DNA of 64,000 bases from Candidatus Zhuqueibacterota bacterium (lineage in GTDB: Bacteria > Zhuqueibacterota > Zhuqueibacteria > Thermofontimicrobiales > Thermofontimicrobiaceae), in NCBI GenBank assembly GCA_049322915.1, contig JBMOPW010000020.1:1-64000 (forward strand), written 5' to 3'. Numbering within the stretch: the stretch's first letter is position 1; every line of letters begins with the position of its first letter. The translations under genes and the position numbers were made by a program. Shown here one piece after another: positions 51,403 to 60,703 of this stretch. Under the pieces are notes generated by a model that had not been told where the DNA came from, made no database searches, and worked only from the letters and a program-made list of their open reading frames with translations.

Positions 51403-52108
51403 ATAGAACGCGGATGACACGGATTACACTGATCTTCGCGGATTTTTATTTGGTCCTTATCCGCGTAAACCCGCGTCATCAGCGTAATCCGCGTTCTATA
51501 AAATCTTTACCTATTTTCCCAGGTACCCAACTACCTAAAACATTTCGACATTTTGCTGAAGAAATATTTGAAGTAACCAGCGCTGGATTGGAGCGCGGAT
51601 GACACGGATTACACTGATCTTCGCGGATTTTTATTTGGTCTTTATCCGCGTAAACCCGCGTCATCAGCGTAATCCGCGTTCTATAAAATCTTTGCCTATT
51701 TACCCAGTTACCCAATTATCTAAAACATTTCGACATTTTGCTGGAGAAATATTTGAAGTGACCAGCGCTGGATTGGAGCGCGGATGACACAGATTACACT
51801 GATCTTCGCGGATTTTTATTTGGTCTTTATCCGCGTAAACCCGTGTTATCAGCGTAATCCGCGTTCTATAAATTCTTTGCCTATTTACCCAGGTACCCAA
51901 CTACCTAAAACATTTCGACATTTTGCTGGAGAAAAATTTGAAGTGACCAGTGCCGGATTGGAGCGCGGATGACACGGATTACACTGATCTTCGCGGATTT
52001 TTATCTGGTCTTTATCCGCGTAAACCCGCGTCATCAGCGTAATCCGCGTTCTATAAAATCTTTGCCTATTTACCCGGTTACCCAATTACCTAAAACATTT
52101 CGACATTT
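51403..52108. repeat. Tandem array, about 3.8 copies of a 185-bp unit (hairpin + 8-mer run + arsC fragment)
   Basis: Units start at 51409, 51594, 51779 and 51964; near-identical copies. Confidence 0.95.
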
Positions 52109-52135
52109 AACGAAGCAAATGAAAGAGCAAATTTG

Positions 52136-52561
52136 ATGAAGGAAAAAATACTCGTCTTATGCACCGGCAACTCCTGCCGCTCCCAGATGGCTGAGGGATA
52201 TTTTCGACATTTTGCTGGAGAAAAATTTGAAGTGACCAGCGCTGGCTTGGAGCCGAGTGTGGTCAATCCGAAAGCCATTCAGGTGATGCTGGAAGATGGC
52301 GTGGATATTTCCAGCCATACGTCCAAAGATGTGGAGCAATTCATTGGGCAAAATTTTAATTATATCATTACGGTTTGTGACAATGCGAAGGAACGCTGTC
52401 CGTTTTTCCCAGGACAGGCGGAGCGGATTCTCTGGAGTTTTGTGGATCCGGCCGGTGCGCAAGGGAGCGAAGCAGAAATTTTTGCGATGTTCCGAAAAGT
52501 GAGGGATCAAATTCGGGAAAGGATAAAAGAGTTTTTGAATGAATTTGAATTGTCAATTTAA
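52136..52561 (+). CDS. arsC: Thioredoxin-dependent arsenate reductase (LMW-PTP fold)
   Basis: CTGNSCRSQMAEG P-loop, CDNAKERCP, DP. Confidence 0.93.
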   Translation: MKEKILVLCTGNSCRSQMAEGYFRHFAGEKFEVTSAGLEPSVVNPKAIQVMLEDGVDISSHTSKDVEQFIGQNFNYIITVCDNAKERCPFFPGQAERILWSFVDPAGAQGSEAEIFAMFRKVRDQIRERIKEFLNEFELSI

Positions 52562-52565
52562 CATC

Positions 52566-52598
52566 ACCCTTTCTAAGGTTTGCTACCTTTGAAAGGGT
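52566..52598. repeat. Short REP-like hairpin between arsC and acr3
   Basis: ACCCTTTCTAAGGT / ACCTTTGAAAGGGT. Confidence 0.5.
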
Positions 52599-52625
52599 AA
52601 AAGATAAAAAAATTTTGGAGGAACA

Positions 52626-53672
52626 ATGAGTAGTCATGTAGCCCAACGACTGTCATTTCTGGATCGATTTCTGACGCTGTGGATTTTTCTGGCGATGGCG
52701 GTTGGCGTTGGTTCAGGTTACTTCTTTCCCAGCATTGTGGATTTCTGGCATAAGTTTCAGGTGGGAACGACCAATATTCCCATTGCTATCGGATTGATTT
52801 TAATGATGTACCCGCCGCTGGCAAAAGTGAAGTATGAAGAATTGGGACAGGTTTTTCGCAATTGGAAAGTGCTGGGATTATCACTGGTGCAGAACTGGAT
52901 CGTGGGTCCAGTGTTGATGTTCCTACTTGCAATCGTTTTTCTGCGCGGCTATCCCGAATACATGTACGGCCTGATCCTGATCGGGCTGGCGCGATGTATC
53001 GCCATGGTGATCGTCTGGAACGAACTGGCAAAGGGCGATTCTGAATACGCCGCCGGCCTGGTAGCGTTCAATTCCATTTTCCAGGTGCTGTTCTTTTCAG
53101 TGTACGCCTACGTGTTCATCACTATTCTGCCGACGTGGTTTGGCCTGAAAGGAACCACCGTGGAAATAACCATCGGGCAGATCGCCGAAAGCGTTTTCAT
53201 CTATCTGGGTATCCCGTTCATCGCCGGTATCATCACTCGATTTTCACTCATCAATCTGAAAAATAAAGAATGGTATCACACCAAATTCATCCCGAAAATT
53301 AGCCCCATCACGCTGATCGCCCTGTTGTTCACCATCATTGTGATGTTCTCACTGAAGGGCGAGTTCATCGTGCAACTGCCGCTGGATGTGGTGCGCATCG
53401 CCATTCCACTATTGATCTATTTTGTGGTGATGTTTCTGCTCTCCTTTTTTATGAGCAAAAGGGTCGGCGCCAATTATGCCCAATCGGCAACGCTGTCGTT
53501 CACTGCTGCCAGCAATAATTTCGAGCTGGCAATTGCCGTAGCAGTGGCTGTTTTCGGCATCCAATCGGGCGAGGCGTTTGCAGCGGTAATCGGTCCGCTG
53601 GTGGAAGTCCCTGCGTTGATTAGTCTGGTGAATGTGGCATTATGGTTCCAAAAGAAGTATTTTCGGAAATGA
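52626..53672 (+). CDS. acr3: ACR3-family arsenite efflux transporter
   Basis: [46 protein letters not shown]. Confidence 0.95.
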   Translation: MSSHVAQRLSFLDRFLTLWIFLAMAVGVGSGYFFPSIVDFWHKFQVGTTNIPIAIGLILMMYPPLAKVKYEELGQVFRNWKVLGLSLVQNWIVGPVLMFLLAIVFLRGYPEYMYGLILIGLARCIAMVIVWNELAKGDSEYAAGLVAFNSIFQVLFFSVYAYVFITILPTWFGLKGTTVEITIGQIAESVFIYLGIPFIAGIITRFSLINLKNKEWYHTKFIPKISPITLIALLFTIIVMFSLKGEFIVQLPLDVVRIAIPLLIYFVVMFLLSFFMSKRVGANYAQSATLSFTAASNNFELAIAVAVAVFGIQSGEAFAAVIGPLVEVPALISLVNVALWFQKKYFRK

Positions 53673-53737
53673 AATTCAAAGAAGCCAAGCTTCTGAAATG
53701 AGTTATTTCTTAACGACTGAGCAGGGGAAAAACAATC

Positions 53738-53976
53738 ATGATTATAAAAGTTTTAGGCACAGGTTGTCCCAACTGTTTAAAGCTGGAAGAACTGGAAAAA
53801 AAGCGGTTCAAGAGCTGAATATAAACGCCGAATTTGTTAAGGTTAAAGAAATTGATAAAATTTTAGAGTATGGAATCGCGCGAACTCCTGGCCTGGTGAT
53901 CAATGAAATAGTGAAATCATCAGGAAGAATTCCTACCATTGATCAGATCAAAACCCTTATTCATGAATCGCTGTGA
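53738..53976 (+). pseudogene. Small redox-active disulphide protein (MTH895/ArsE-like), split by a frameshift at an A7 run
   Basis: MIIKVLGTGCPNCLKLEEL in frame 0 continues as KKAVQELN..TPGLVIN..SSGRIP in the -1 frame at 53796-53803. Confidence 0.8.
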
Positions 53977-53997
53977 AAACGAAAAGGAAATTTGAAT

Positions 53998-54663
53998 ATG
54001 AAAAAAGTTTATCTCTTATTATCCCAGATTATGCAATTGCCACAAAGACCCCAAGGCTCAAAGAAAAAATTTACAAAATATTATAATCATTTTTTGAGAA
54101 AAACTTTTTCACTTTTTTATCCTTTAATTTTAAAAAATAAACCAAGTTTTTTCTTTGTGATTCTTGGCGCCTTCGAGACGTTGAGGCAATTTTTTAAATT
54201 GCATAATTTGGGATTATTAGTGGGACTATGGATTTTGTTTGCTTTCGCATGTGGCAAGAACGATGCCCAGACGACAACTGAGTCCTCAACGAAAGTAGCT
54301 CAAACTGATTCGGTGAAAATAGATTCGACAAAAACCGATTCAACACAAGCATCAACTCCTAAAGTCACTTTTGTCGAACTGGGATCGGTCAATTGTGTCC
54401 CCTGCAAAATGATGCAGCCTGTGATGAAGGCCATCGAAGAAGAATTCGGCGATCAAATCGAAATCGTGTTTCATGATGTCTGGAAAGATCGGGCGCCAGC
54501 GGAAAAGTATCGCATTCGAATCATTCCCACCCAGGTCTTTCTTGATGAGTCGGGCAAAGAATTCCTTCGCCATGAAGGCTATTTTCCTAAGGAAGAAATT
54601 GAAAAATTGCTGACCGATAAAGGTTTGAAGAAAAAAAATCCGATCAAACCAAACAAAAGTTAG
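53998..54663 (+). CDS. Thioredoxin-family lipoprotein with an in-frame MITE in its signal peptide
   Basis: ELGSVNCVPCKMMQP, IPTQVF; removing the insert gives MKKVYLLLVGLWILFAFA-C. Confidence 0.85.
   Translation: MKKVYLLLSQIMQLPQRPQGSKKKFTKYYNHFLRKTFSLFYPLILKNKPSFFFVILGAFETLRQFFKLHNLGLLVGLWILFAFACGKNDAQTTTESSTKVAQTDSVKIDSTKTDSTQASTPKVTFVELGSVNCVPCKMMQPVMKAIEEEFGDQIEIVFHDVWKDRAPAEKYRIRIIPTQVFLDESGKEFLRHEGYFPKEEIEKLLTDKGLKKKNPIKPNKS
54022..54213. mobile_element. Composite MITE, 192 bp, 17-bp TIRs, TTATTA target-site duplication
   Basis: TCCCAGATTATGCAATT / AATTGCATAATTTGGGA (16/17); TTATTA at 54016-54021 and 54214-54219; inner hairpin 54037-54189. Confidence 0.9.
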
Positions 54664-54671
54664 GGGGCTGG

Positions 54672-55367
54672 ATGCTGACAAGTCTTTTTACCTGGCTAAC
54701 CAATGTCATTCAAGGTCAACCATACTTTGCCATTTTCGCTGCTTTTCTCTGGGGAATTTTGAGCATCCTGCTCAGCCCCTGTCACCTGTCCAGTATTCCG
54801 CTGATCATCGGCTTCATCGATAAGCAGGGACATGGCTCGGTCAAACGGGCGTTCTGGCTCTCGCTGTTGTTTGCCGTTGGAATTTTGGTAACGATTGCCG
54901 CCATCGGCATCATCACTGCCTCGCTGGGCAGACTTATGGGCGATGTTGGCAATGTCGGAAATTACCTGGTGGCGATTGTCTTTTTCCTGGTGGGGCTATA
55001 CCTGCTTGATATAATACCCGCACTGTGGAGTGGCGCCACAGGGACGAACGTAAAGCAAAAAGGGCTGGCTGCGGCCTTTTTATTAGGCTTGATCTTTGGA
55101 ATTGGACTGGGTCCCTGCACATTTGCCTACATGGCGCCAATGTTGGGAGTGGCGTTTCAGGTTGCCGCCACCCAACTGCTGTTTGCCATTACGCTGTTAG
55201 CCGCCTTTGGCGTGGGGCATTGCTCGGTGATTGTGTTGGCAGGCACACTGATCGAAAAAGTCCAGCACTATTTGAATTGGACTGAAAAAACAAGAGGGGC
55301 GATCATCGTTCGCCGAATCTGTGGCGTTCTGGTTATATTAGGTGGAATTTATTTGATAATAAATTAG
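54672..55367 (+). CDS. ccdA: CcdA/DsbD transmembrane disulphide-transfer protein
   Basis: LSPCHLSSIP and GPCTFAY cysteines, 6 TM helices. Confidence 0.85.
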   Translation: MLTSLFTWLTNVIQGQPYFAIFAAFLWGILSILLSPCHLSSIPLIIGFIDKQGHGSVKRAFWLSLLFAVGILVTIAAIGIITASLGRLMGDVGNVGNYLVAIVFFLVGLYLLDIIPALWSGATGTNVKQKGLAAAFLLGLIFGIGLGPCTFAYMAPMLGVAFQVAATQLLFAITLLAAFGVGHCSVIVLAGTLIEKVQHYLNWTEKTRGAIIVRRICGVLVILGGIYLIIN

Positions 55368-55513
55368 GACACGGATTCAACTGATCCAACAGATTTGTAT
55401 GGAATTTTTCTGACTGTTGTAAAAATTGAAATGTAACAGGCAAATTATTTCTTTCGTCTCACATCTGCCGTCTCACGTTTCACTTTTAAAGCGATCTGTT
55501 CAATCGGTGTTCC
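55367..55513. repeat. Degenerate CRCGGAT-family hairpin
   Basis: GGACACGGATTCAACTGAT... / ...ATCTGTTCAATCGGTGTTCC. Confidence 0.5.
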
Positions 55514-55535
55514 ATAAAAAATTATAGGAGCAACA

Positions 55536-56708
55536 ATGAAAGACCGTACCAAATTAACCATCATCATTACGACATTTTTAGCTGCGTATTTTATTCCATT
55601 CAGTAAAACGAATGTTCAAAAAGCGCTGCTGGAAGCCCTTTTCATGCTGCAGGACTATGCCCGTGAGCATGTGCTGTTCTGCCTGGTGCCAGCGTTCTTC
55701 ATCGCTGGTGCGATCTCTGTTTTTGTGAATCAGGCAGCCGTCCTGAAATATTTTGGCGCCCAGGCAAATAAAATCCTATCGTACAGCGTGGCATCAATTT
55801 CAGGGACGATTCTGGCGGTCTGCTCCTGTACGGTGTTGCCGCTGTTTGCCGGAATTTACAAACGCGGTGCAGGCATTGGTCCTGCCACGGCATTTCTATA
55901 TTCAGGTCCGGCCATCAATGTGCTGGCGATTATCCTGACTGCACGCGTTTTGGGACCAGAATTGGGCATTGCCCGAGCCGTGGGCGCTATCGCTTTTTCA
56001 GTGATCATCGGGTTGGCAATGGCATTCATCTATCGCAAAGAAGAAAAAGAGCGGAATGCAAAATCGATCAATTTCGCCCAGGGCATGGAAGAAGCCATGC
56101 GGCCGCTATGGAAAAATGGGTTATTCTTTTTTACTCTGGTGCTGATCCTCATCTTTGCCGCCTGGGGCAAGCCGGCCCAGCCAGTGGGTTTCTGGAATTT
56201 CGTTTTTCAGATCAAATGGTATCTCACCATCGTCTTGCTCGGCTTGCTGGGCTGGCAACTGTGGCGCTGGTTTAAAAAGGATGAATTGAGCCAATGGGTG
56301 AGCCAGACCTGGTTCTTCGCCTGGCAGATTCTACCGCTATTGTTCGGTGGCGTGCTCGTTGCTGGATTCTTGATGGGCCGACCCAATACCGATTTGGGCA
56401 TCATCCCTTCCAGTTGGATTCAAACCGCCGTCGGGGGCAATTCCCTGTGGGCGAACTTATTGGCCTCTGTTGCTGGTGCTCTGATGTATTTCGCCACCCT
56501 GACCGAAGTTCCCATTCTGCAGGGGCTGCTCGGCAGCGGCATGGGTAAAGGCCCTGCGCTGGCGTTGCTACTGGCAGGACCTGCGTTGAGCCTGCCCAGC
56601 ATGCTGGTTATTCGCAGCGTGATCGGTACAAAAAAGATGCTAACTTATATTGCGCTGGTGGTTATCATGGCCACTGTGACGGGGATGGTGTTTGGAGGAA
56701 TTTTTTGA
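55536..56708 (+). CDS. ArsP/DUF318 permease
   Basis: HVLFCLVPAFFIAG, AVCSCTVLP, FLYSGPAIN, YFATLTEVP. Confidence 0.85.
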   Translation: MKDRTKLTIIITTFLAAYFIPFSKTNVQKALLEALFMLQDYAREHVLFCLVPAFFIAGAISVFVNQAAVLKYFGAQANKILSYSVASISGTILAVCSCTVLPLFAGIYKRGAGIGPATAFLYSGPAINVLAIILTARVLGPELGIARAVGAIAFSVIIGLAMAFIYRKEEKERNAKSINFAQGMEEAMRPLWKNGLFFFTLVLILIFAAWGKPAQPVGFWNFVFQIKWYLTIVLLGLLGWQLWRWFKKDELSQWVSQTWFFAWQILPLLFGGVLVAGFLMGRPNTDLGIIPSSWIQTAVGGNSLWANLLASVAGALMYFATLTEVPILQGLLGSGMGKGPALALLLAGPALSLPSMLVIRSVIGTKKMLTYIALVVIMATVTGMVFGGIF

Positions 56709-56819
56709 TGATTTTACTGTGTCTGAAGATTTTGGCACAGGGATTTAGAAGGGTGAAACGACGATGCATTGTGTGGTTTTATTGACAAGCTGATGGATTA
56801 CTTAGCGCTGAAGGTCTAA

Positions 56820-57173
56820 ATGATGCAAAACAGCATAATGATTATTCTTGCCTGTTCGGGAGCTTCCAATACAGGGGCGTACTCTGACAAAGTTGCCAGA
56901 AAATTGATGAAAGATGGCCATGCCAAAATGCTCTGCCTTGCCCGATTTGCCGTCGATTCAGTCTTCGCTGAAGATAGTAAATCCGAATTGAGTTTCGGCG
57001 CTCGCATTGTGGTGCTGGACGGCTGCCCCATCAATTGCGCTGAAAAAATTTTAAAAAAAAACAGAATAGAAACGTTTGAACATATCAATATCACCGATTT
57101 TGGCATCGTCAAAGGAAAGACGCCGGTGACCGAAGCGAAGATAAATTATATCTGTGCATTTGTAAAACGGTAG
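56820..57173 (+). CDS. DGC-domain putative zinc-binding protein
   Basis: ACSGASNTG, LCLA, LDGCPINCA. Confidence 0.85.
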   Translation: MMQNSIMIILACSGASNTGAYSDKVARKLMKDGHAKMLCLARFAVDSVFAEDSKSELSFGARIVVLDGCPINCAEKILKKNRIETFEHINITDFGIVKGKTPVTEAKINYICAFVKR

Positions 57174-57264
57174 CGAATCGGCTGGAGTCCATTCACTGAA
57201 ATCGCATGGATGCTGGCCGAAGTCGATAATTTGAATATACATTTTTTATGAAAGGAAATGAAAT

Positions 57265-57885
57265 ATGAAATCAAACAAACATTATCCGCCGGACTGGGCC
57301 TTCGAATTCCACGGTCATCGTTGTCCATTCATGCCCATTGGTTATCGCATGGGGAAATTAGTGTTGAATTATCTGGGAGTTGAGCGAGAAAAAGATCATG
57401 GTTTCTTTGTCTTCCCGGAGCTGGGCGAAGGTCATCCCCAGACCTGCATGATGGACGGCATACAAGCTGCAACAGGCGCTACGTATGGCAAGGTGATGAT
57501 GGAAAAAACGTATTGGGGTAAATTGGCAGCCACTTTTTATCATCCGCAAAAGGGAGCGGTGCGCTATTCATTAAAAACCGATTTTATCGACGCCATGGGA
57601 AAATTCGAATTTTTTAGCTATCGCAAGCGCGGTGTGGAGCCGTCACTTATTCCGTCAGCAATTACCGAAGAAGTCATCACCTGGATGTTTGAACAATCGG
57701 ATGAAGATATCTTCAAAGTCGAGCCCAAACCGGATTTCAAATTTGCCCCGGTAAAAGGCTCGTTCAACAAAGCTAAATGCAGCCTGTGCGATGAGTATGT
57801 TTTTGAGCGCTATTTACGGATTAAAGATGGTAAACCAGTCTGCATCCCGTGCTCCGGCTATTTGAAATCAAACCAGGTCGCATAG
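57265..57885 (+). CDS. FmdE-family protein with C-terminal zinc finger
   Basis: FHGHRCP, CMMDGIQAATG, CSLC..CIPC. Confidence 0.85.
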   Translation: MKSNKHYPPDWAFEFHGHRCPFMPIGYRMGKLVLNYLGVEREKDHGFFVFPELGEGHPQTCMMDGIQAATGATYGKVMMEKTYWGKLAATFYHPQKGAVRYSLKTDFIDAMGKFEFFSYRKRGVEPSLIPSAITEEVITWMFEQSDEDIFKVEPKPDFKFAPVKGSFNKAKCSLCDEYVFERYLRIKDGKPVCIPCSGYLKSNQVA

Positions 57886-57907
57886 AAACCAGAGAAGGAT
57901 TGGCTCC

Positions 57908-58681
57908 ATGGATTTAAACATGACACTGCTGATCGGTGTTGCCTTTGTCTTTATAATCGCATTCATTTTTTCGATGTTCGGTCAGGGCGGTGGCTCGGTC
58001 TATTCTCCGCTGTTGATTCTGCTGGGTTACAATGTGCTGCTTGCCACGTCCACATCGCTGGTGTTGAATCTCATCACATCGCTATCGGCGGGCTATATTT
58101 TCTACCGCCAAAAGATGATCGATTATAAAGCGTCCTTCACCTTTGTGCCTGGCATTTCCATCGGCGCGTTTGTTGGCGGCGCTGTATCGAAATATTTTAA
58201 TACGATTATTTTTTTCTGGCTGTTCGTGGTTTTCCTGATTGTCCTGGGCGCGAGGATGATTAATGCCTACCGGGAAAAGGGGAAAACTGAAGAAAAACCG
58301 CCCGAAAAACTTTCGCCGGGCATGTATGCGCTCATTGCCGTTTTCGGCCTGACAGTGGGATTCGTCTCCGGCTTGCTGGGAGTCGGCGGCGGGATTTTGA
58401 TTGTTCCGTTTATGGTCTATGTTTGCAAGTACCCCACCAAAATTGCCGCTGGTTCGTCGCATTTGATCATCTCGTTTTCGGCGTTGGCGGGAATCATCGG
58501 CCATGCGTCATCACACCAGCTCGATATTCCATTGATTGTAATAACCGGCATTGCAGTGCTTATCGGTGGAAATCTCGGGGCGAGATTCAGCATGCGGTTC
58601 AAATCGAAAATAATCAAAGTCGGACTGGGTCTGCTGATGTGGGCGCTTGCGGCGCAGCTTTTGGTGAAGCTGCTCCAATAA
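57908..58681 (+). CDS. TauE/SafE (TSUP) family exporter
   Basis: GQGGGSVYSP and SGLLGVGGGILIVP repeats, 8 TM helices. Confidence 0.88.
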   Translation: MDLNMTLLIGVAFVFIIAFIFSMFGQGGGSVYSPLLILLGYNVLLATSTSLVLNLITSLSAGYIFYRQKMIDYKASFTFVPGISIGAFVGGAVSKYFNTIIFFWLFVVFLIVLGARMINAYREKGKTEEKPPEKLSPGMYALIAVFGLTVGFVSGLLGVGGGILIVPFMVYVCKYPTKIAAGSSHLIISFSALAGIIGHASSHQLDIPLIVITGIAVLIGGNLGARFSMRFKSKIIKVGLGLLMWALAAQLLVKLLQ

Positions 58682-58889
58682 AAGCTATAAAGTGAAATAC
58701 TTCCCGCTGATGTTTTGAGTTTCTCAGAACGAAAGATGATCGTGTTTTTAACAGCAAAAATATTCGCGTGGATCGTCTAATTTCTTTCTTGCCCGGGTTG
58801 TCCAATATCCATTCGATACCGAAGCCAACCCAATAGTCCACGCACAGTTTAAGTTGCTCGGTTTTGATGGTACGCCTAAAATATGCAGC

Positions 58890-59383
58890 AACGCCGCCGG
58901 AGTCACCGCTGTTTTTTTCCGCTGGCTCATGATTATTGTTTTGGCTGGCTTATTCATTCATATTATTCTGGATTTCTTTGCTCGCTTAGGCGTGCGCCGA
59001 TCAGAAAATTTAACAGAAACAGTGACGGAAAAATCGGGCTGCGCCAGAAACGTCCCCAGTTCAGACGATTCTCTTTTTTTGAAAAATTCGACTACTGAGC
59101 AGTGTTCTGGGGCTGCGTCATTATGATCGTTTCGGGCATGGCATTGTGGACACCGGAGATTTTTCGAATGGTGATTCCATCGTTCTCACCTGCCATTTTT
59201 GAGGCCATGAAAGAAGCACACGCCCATGAAGCCGTGCTGGCAGTACTGGCGATTTTTATCTGGCACATTTACAATGTTCACTTTCGTCCCGACCGATTTC
59301 CGGGCACGCTTTTCTGGATGCACGGACGAGTGAGTCAGCAAAAAATAGTGAACGAGCATCCGCTGGAAGCGGTTGAAAATTAA
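58890..59383 (+). pseudogene. Relic of a di-haem cytochrome b (FdnI-like) gene
   Basis: PQFRRFSFFEKFDY*AVFWG (TGA at 59096-59098 where Trp is expected), HAHEAVLA, WHIYNVH, EHPLE; upstream TM helix in another frame. Confidence 0.7.
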
Positions 59384-59500
59384 CAGATCATTAATTTATA
59401 GATAGAGCATCGATGCCTGTCGTCACGGTTTCATGCTGCAAATACTAAATATCGCTACGAGAATCAGTTTAACTTAAGATGTTGAAAGCATTCTCTAAAA

Positions 59501-60064
59501 ATGAATGATAGTAAGAAGATCTCCAAAGTACCAGTCAGTAATACCACTGACTTTCGGGCGATATTCGATCAGTATCAGCATCTGGTTTACAATATCAGTT
59601 ACCGCATGACCGGGAATCGTGAAGATGCTGAGGACGCTACCCAGGATGTCTTTTTAAGAATTCACCGCTCTATCAACCGGTTTAGAGGCGACGCCAAATT
59701 GTCGTCGTGGGTCTACCGCATTGCAGTGAACACCTGTCTGAACCGGGAGCGGCGAAAAAAGCTGGCTTCCTGGGTATCGCTGGATTTTCTAATGCAGGAG
59801 GAGCCTGAATCCCAGCCGCTCTCGGAGGAGACGCCGGATCGTCACATGGAAATCAGCGAAACCGAGCGTCTTATCCAGCAGGCAATTCAATCCCTGCCCG
59901 CACGCCAGAAGACTGCAATCGTTCTGCATCGCTATGAAAATTTGTCCTACGAAGATATCGCCGGCGTCATGGAGATCAGCCTTTCCGCCGTGGAGTCTCT
60001 ACTGCACCGCGCCAAAGAAAATTTATCTCAAAAACTACTCTCCTTAAAAAAAGATCTTTTTTAA
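59501..60064 (+). CDS. ECF-type sigma-70 factor
   Basis: DAEDATQDVF, SSWVYRIAVN, LSYEDIA, VESLLHRAK. Confidence 0.92.
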   Translation: MNDSKKISKVPVSNTTDFRAIFDQYQHLVYNISYRMTGNREDAEDATQDVFLRIHRSINRFRGDAKLSSWVYRIAVNTCLNRERRKKLASWVSLDFLMQEEPESQPLSEETPDRHMEISETERLIQQAIQSLPARQKTAIVLHRYENLSYEDIAGVMEISLSAVESLLHRAKENLSQKLLSLKKDLF

Positions 60065-60218
60065 ACGCAAGGTTTTTGGAAACCGCGGGTCTTATATTCA
60101 GGAGGTTGGATAAAATAACTCACCCTTTTGCTTTATCCGATAGGCTGCAAACCACGAAAATGAACATCATCTCTGAGGAGGTGAATTTATCCTACCTCCT
60201 TTAGAACAGGAAAAAAAG

Positions 60219-60695
60219 ATGAAACACAAGCTGATCCGGAAAAAACTGCTGCGTTATCTGGATAATGATTTGCCAGAAAATGAGCAGCAGGAGATACAAG
60301 CGCACATGATGGAATGTCCGTCGTGTCGCGCGCATCTGCAATGGCTAAAGTCTTCATGGCAGACGGAGCAATCGATTTCGCGGATTACGGCGCCGCCATT
60401 TTTATGGACACGGTTTATAGCTCGCTTGAATAGAGAGGAACGATCGCCCATGATTGTGCGAATCGCCGGGCAATTTCTTCAGTATGCTCGTCCCGCCATC
60501 GTCATGGCGGTCATCGTTCTGATGGTTTATATTGGTGTGCAATTCGGTCAAAAAATCATTCTACCGAAAACGGAATCCACGCTATCGGGCGTTCAAACGT
60601 CACAGATCCGGACAGAATTTGGCATGGATTATTTTTCCGCATTACCGCCGGGGTCGGTGGGCGAGCCGATTATACCATTGACTGAAAATAAATGA
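60219..60695 (+). CDS. Zinc-finger anti-sigma factor
   Basis: HMMECPSC (HxxxCxxC) and one TM helix. Confidence 0.85.
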   Translation: MKHKLIRKKLLRYLDNDLPENEQQEIQAHMMECPSCRAHLQWLKSSWQTEQSISRITAPPFLWTRFIARLNREERSPMIVRIAGQFLQYARPAIVMAVIVLMVYIGVQFGQKIILPKTESTLSGVQTSQIRTEFGMDYFSALPPGSVGEPIIPLTENK

Positions 60696-60703
60696 GGGTG
60701 TCG

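Noticed and set aside
51403..52108. CRISPR array or integron cassette array
   Set aside because: Whole units are near-identical with no unique spacers or cassettes; no cas or integrase gene; no attC core sites recognised.
51543..52253. Diversity-generating retroelement template/variable repeat pair with arsC
   Set aside because: No reverse transcriptase in the window; the few differences are not a convincing adenine-specific pattern; the target is not a C-terminal variable region.
53632..53737. 114-aa ORF starting at 53632
   Set aside because: The N-terminal part is an artefact; the real gene starts at 53738 in another frame and joins this frame at the A7 run.
59096..59098. TGA as selenocysteine or Trp readthrough
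   Set aside because: The position corresponds to Trp, not Cys; the gene is also truncated; TGA is a normal stop elsewhere in the window.
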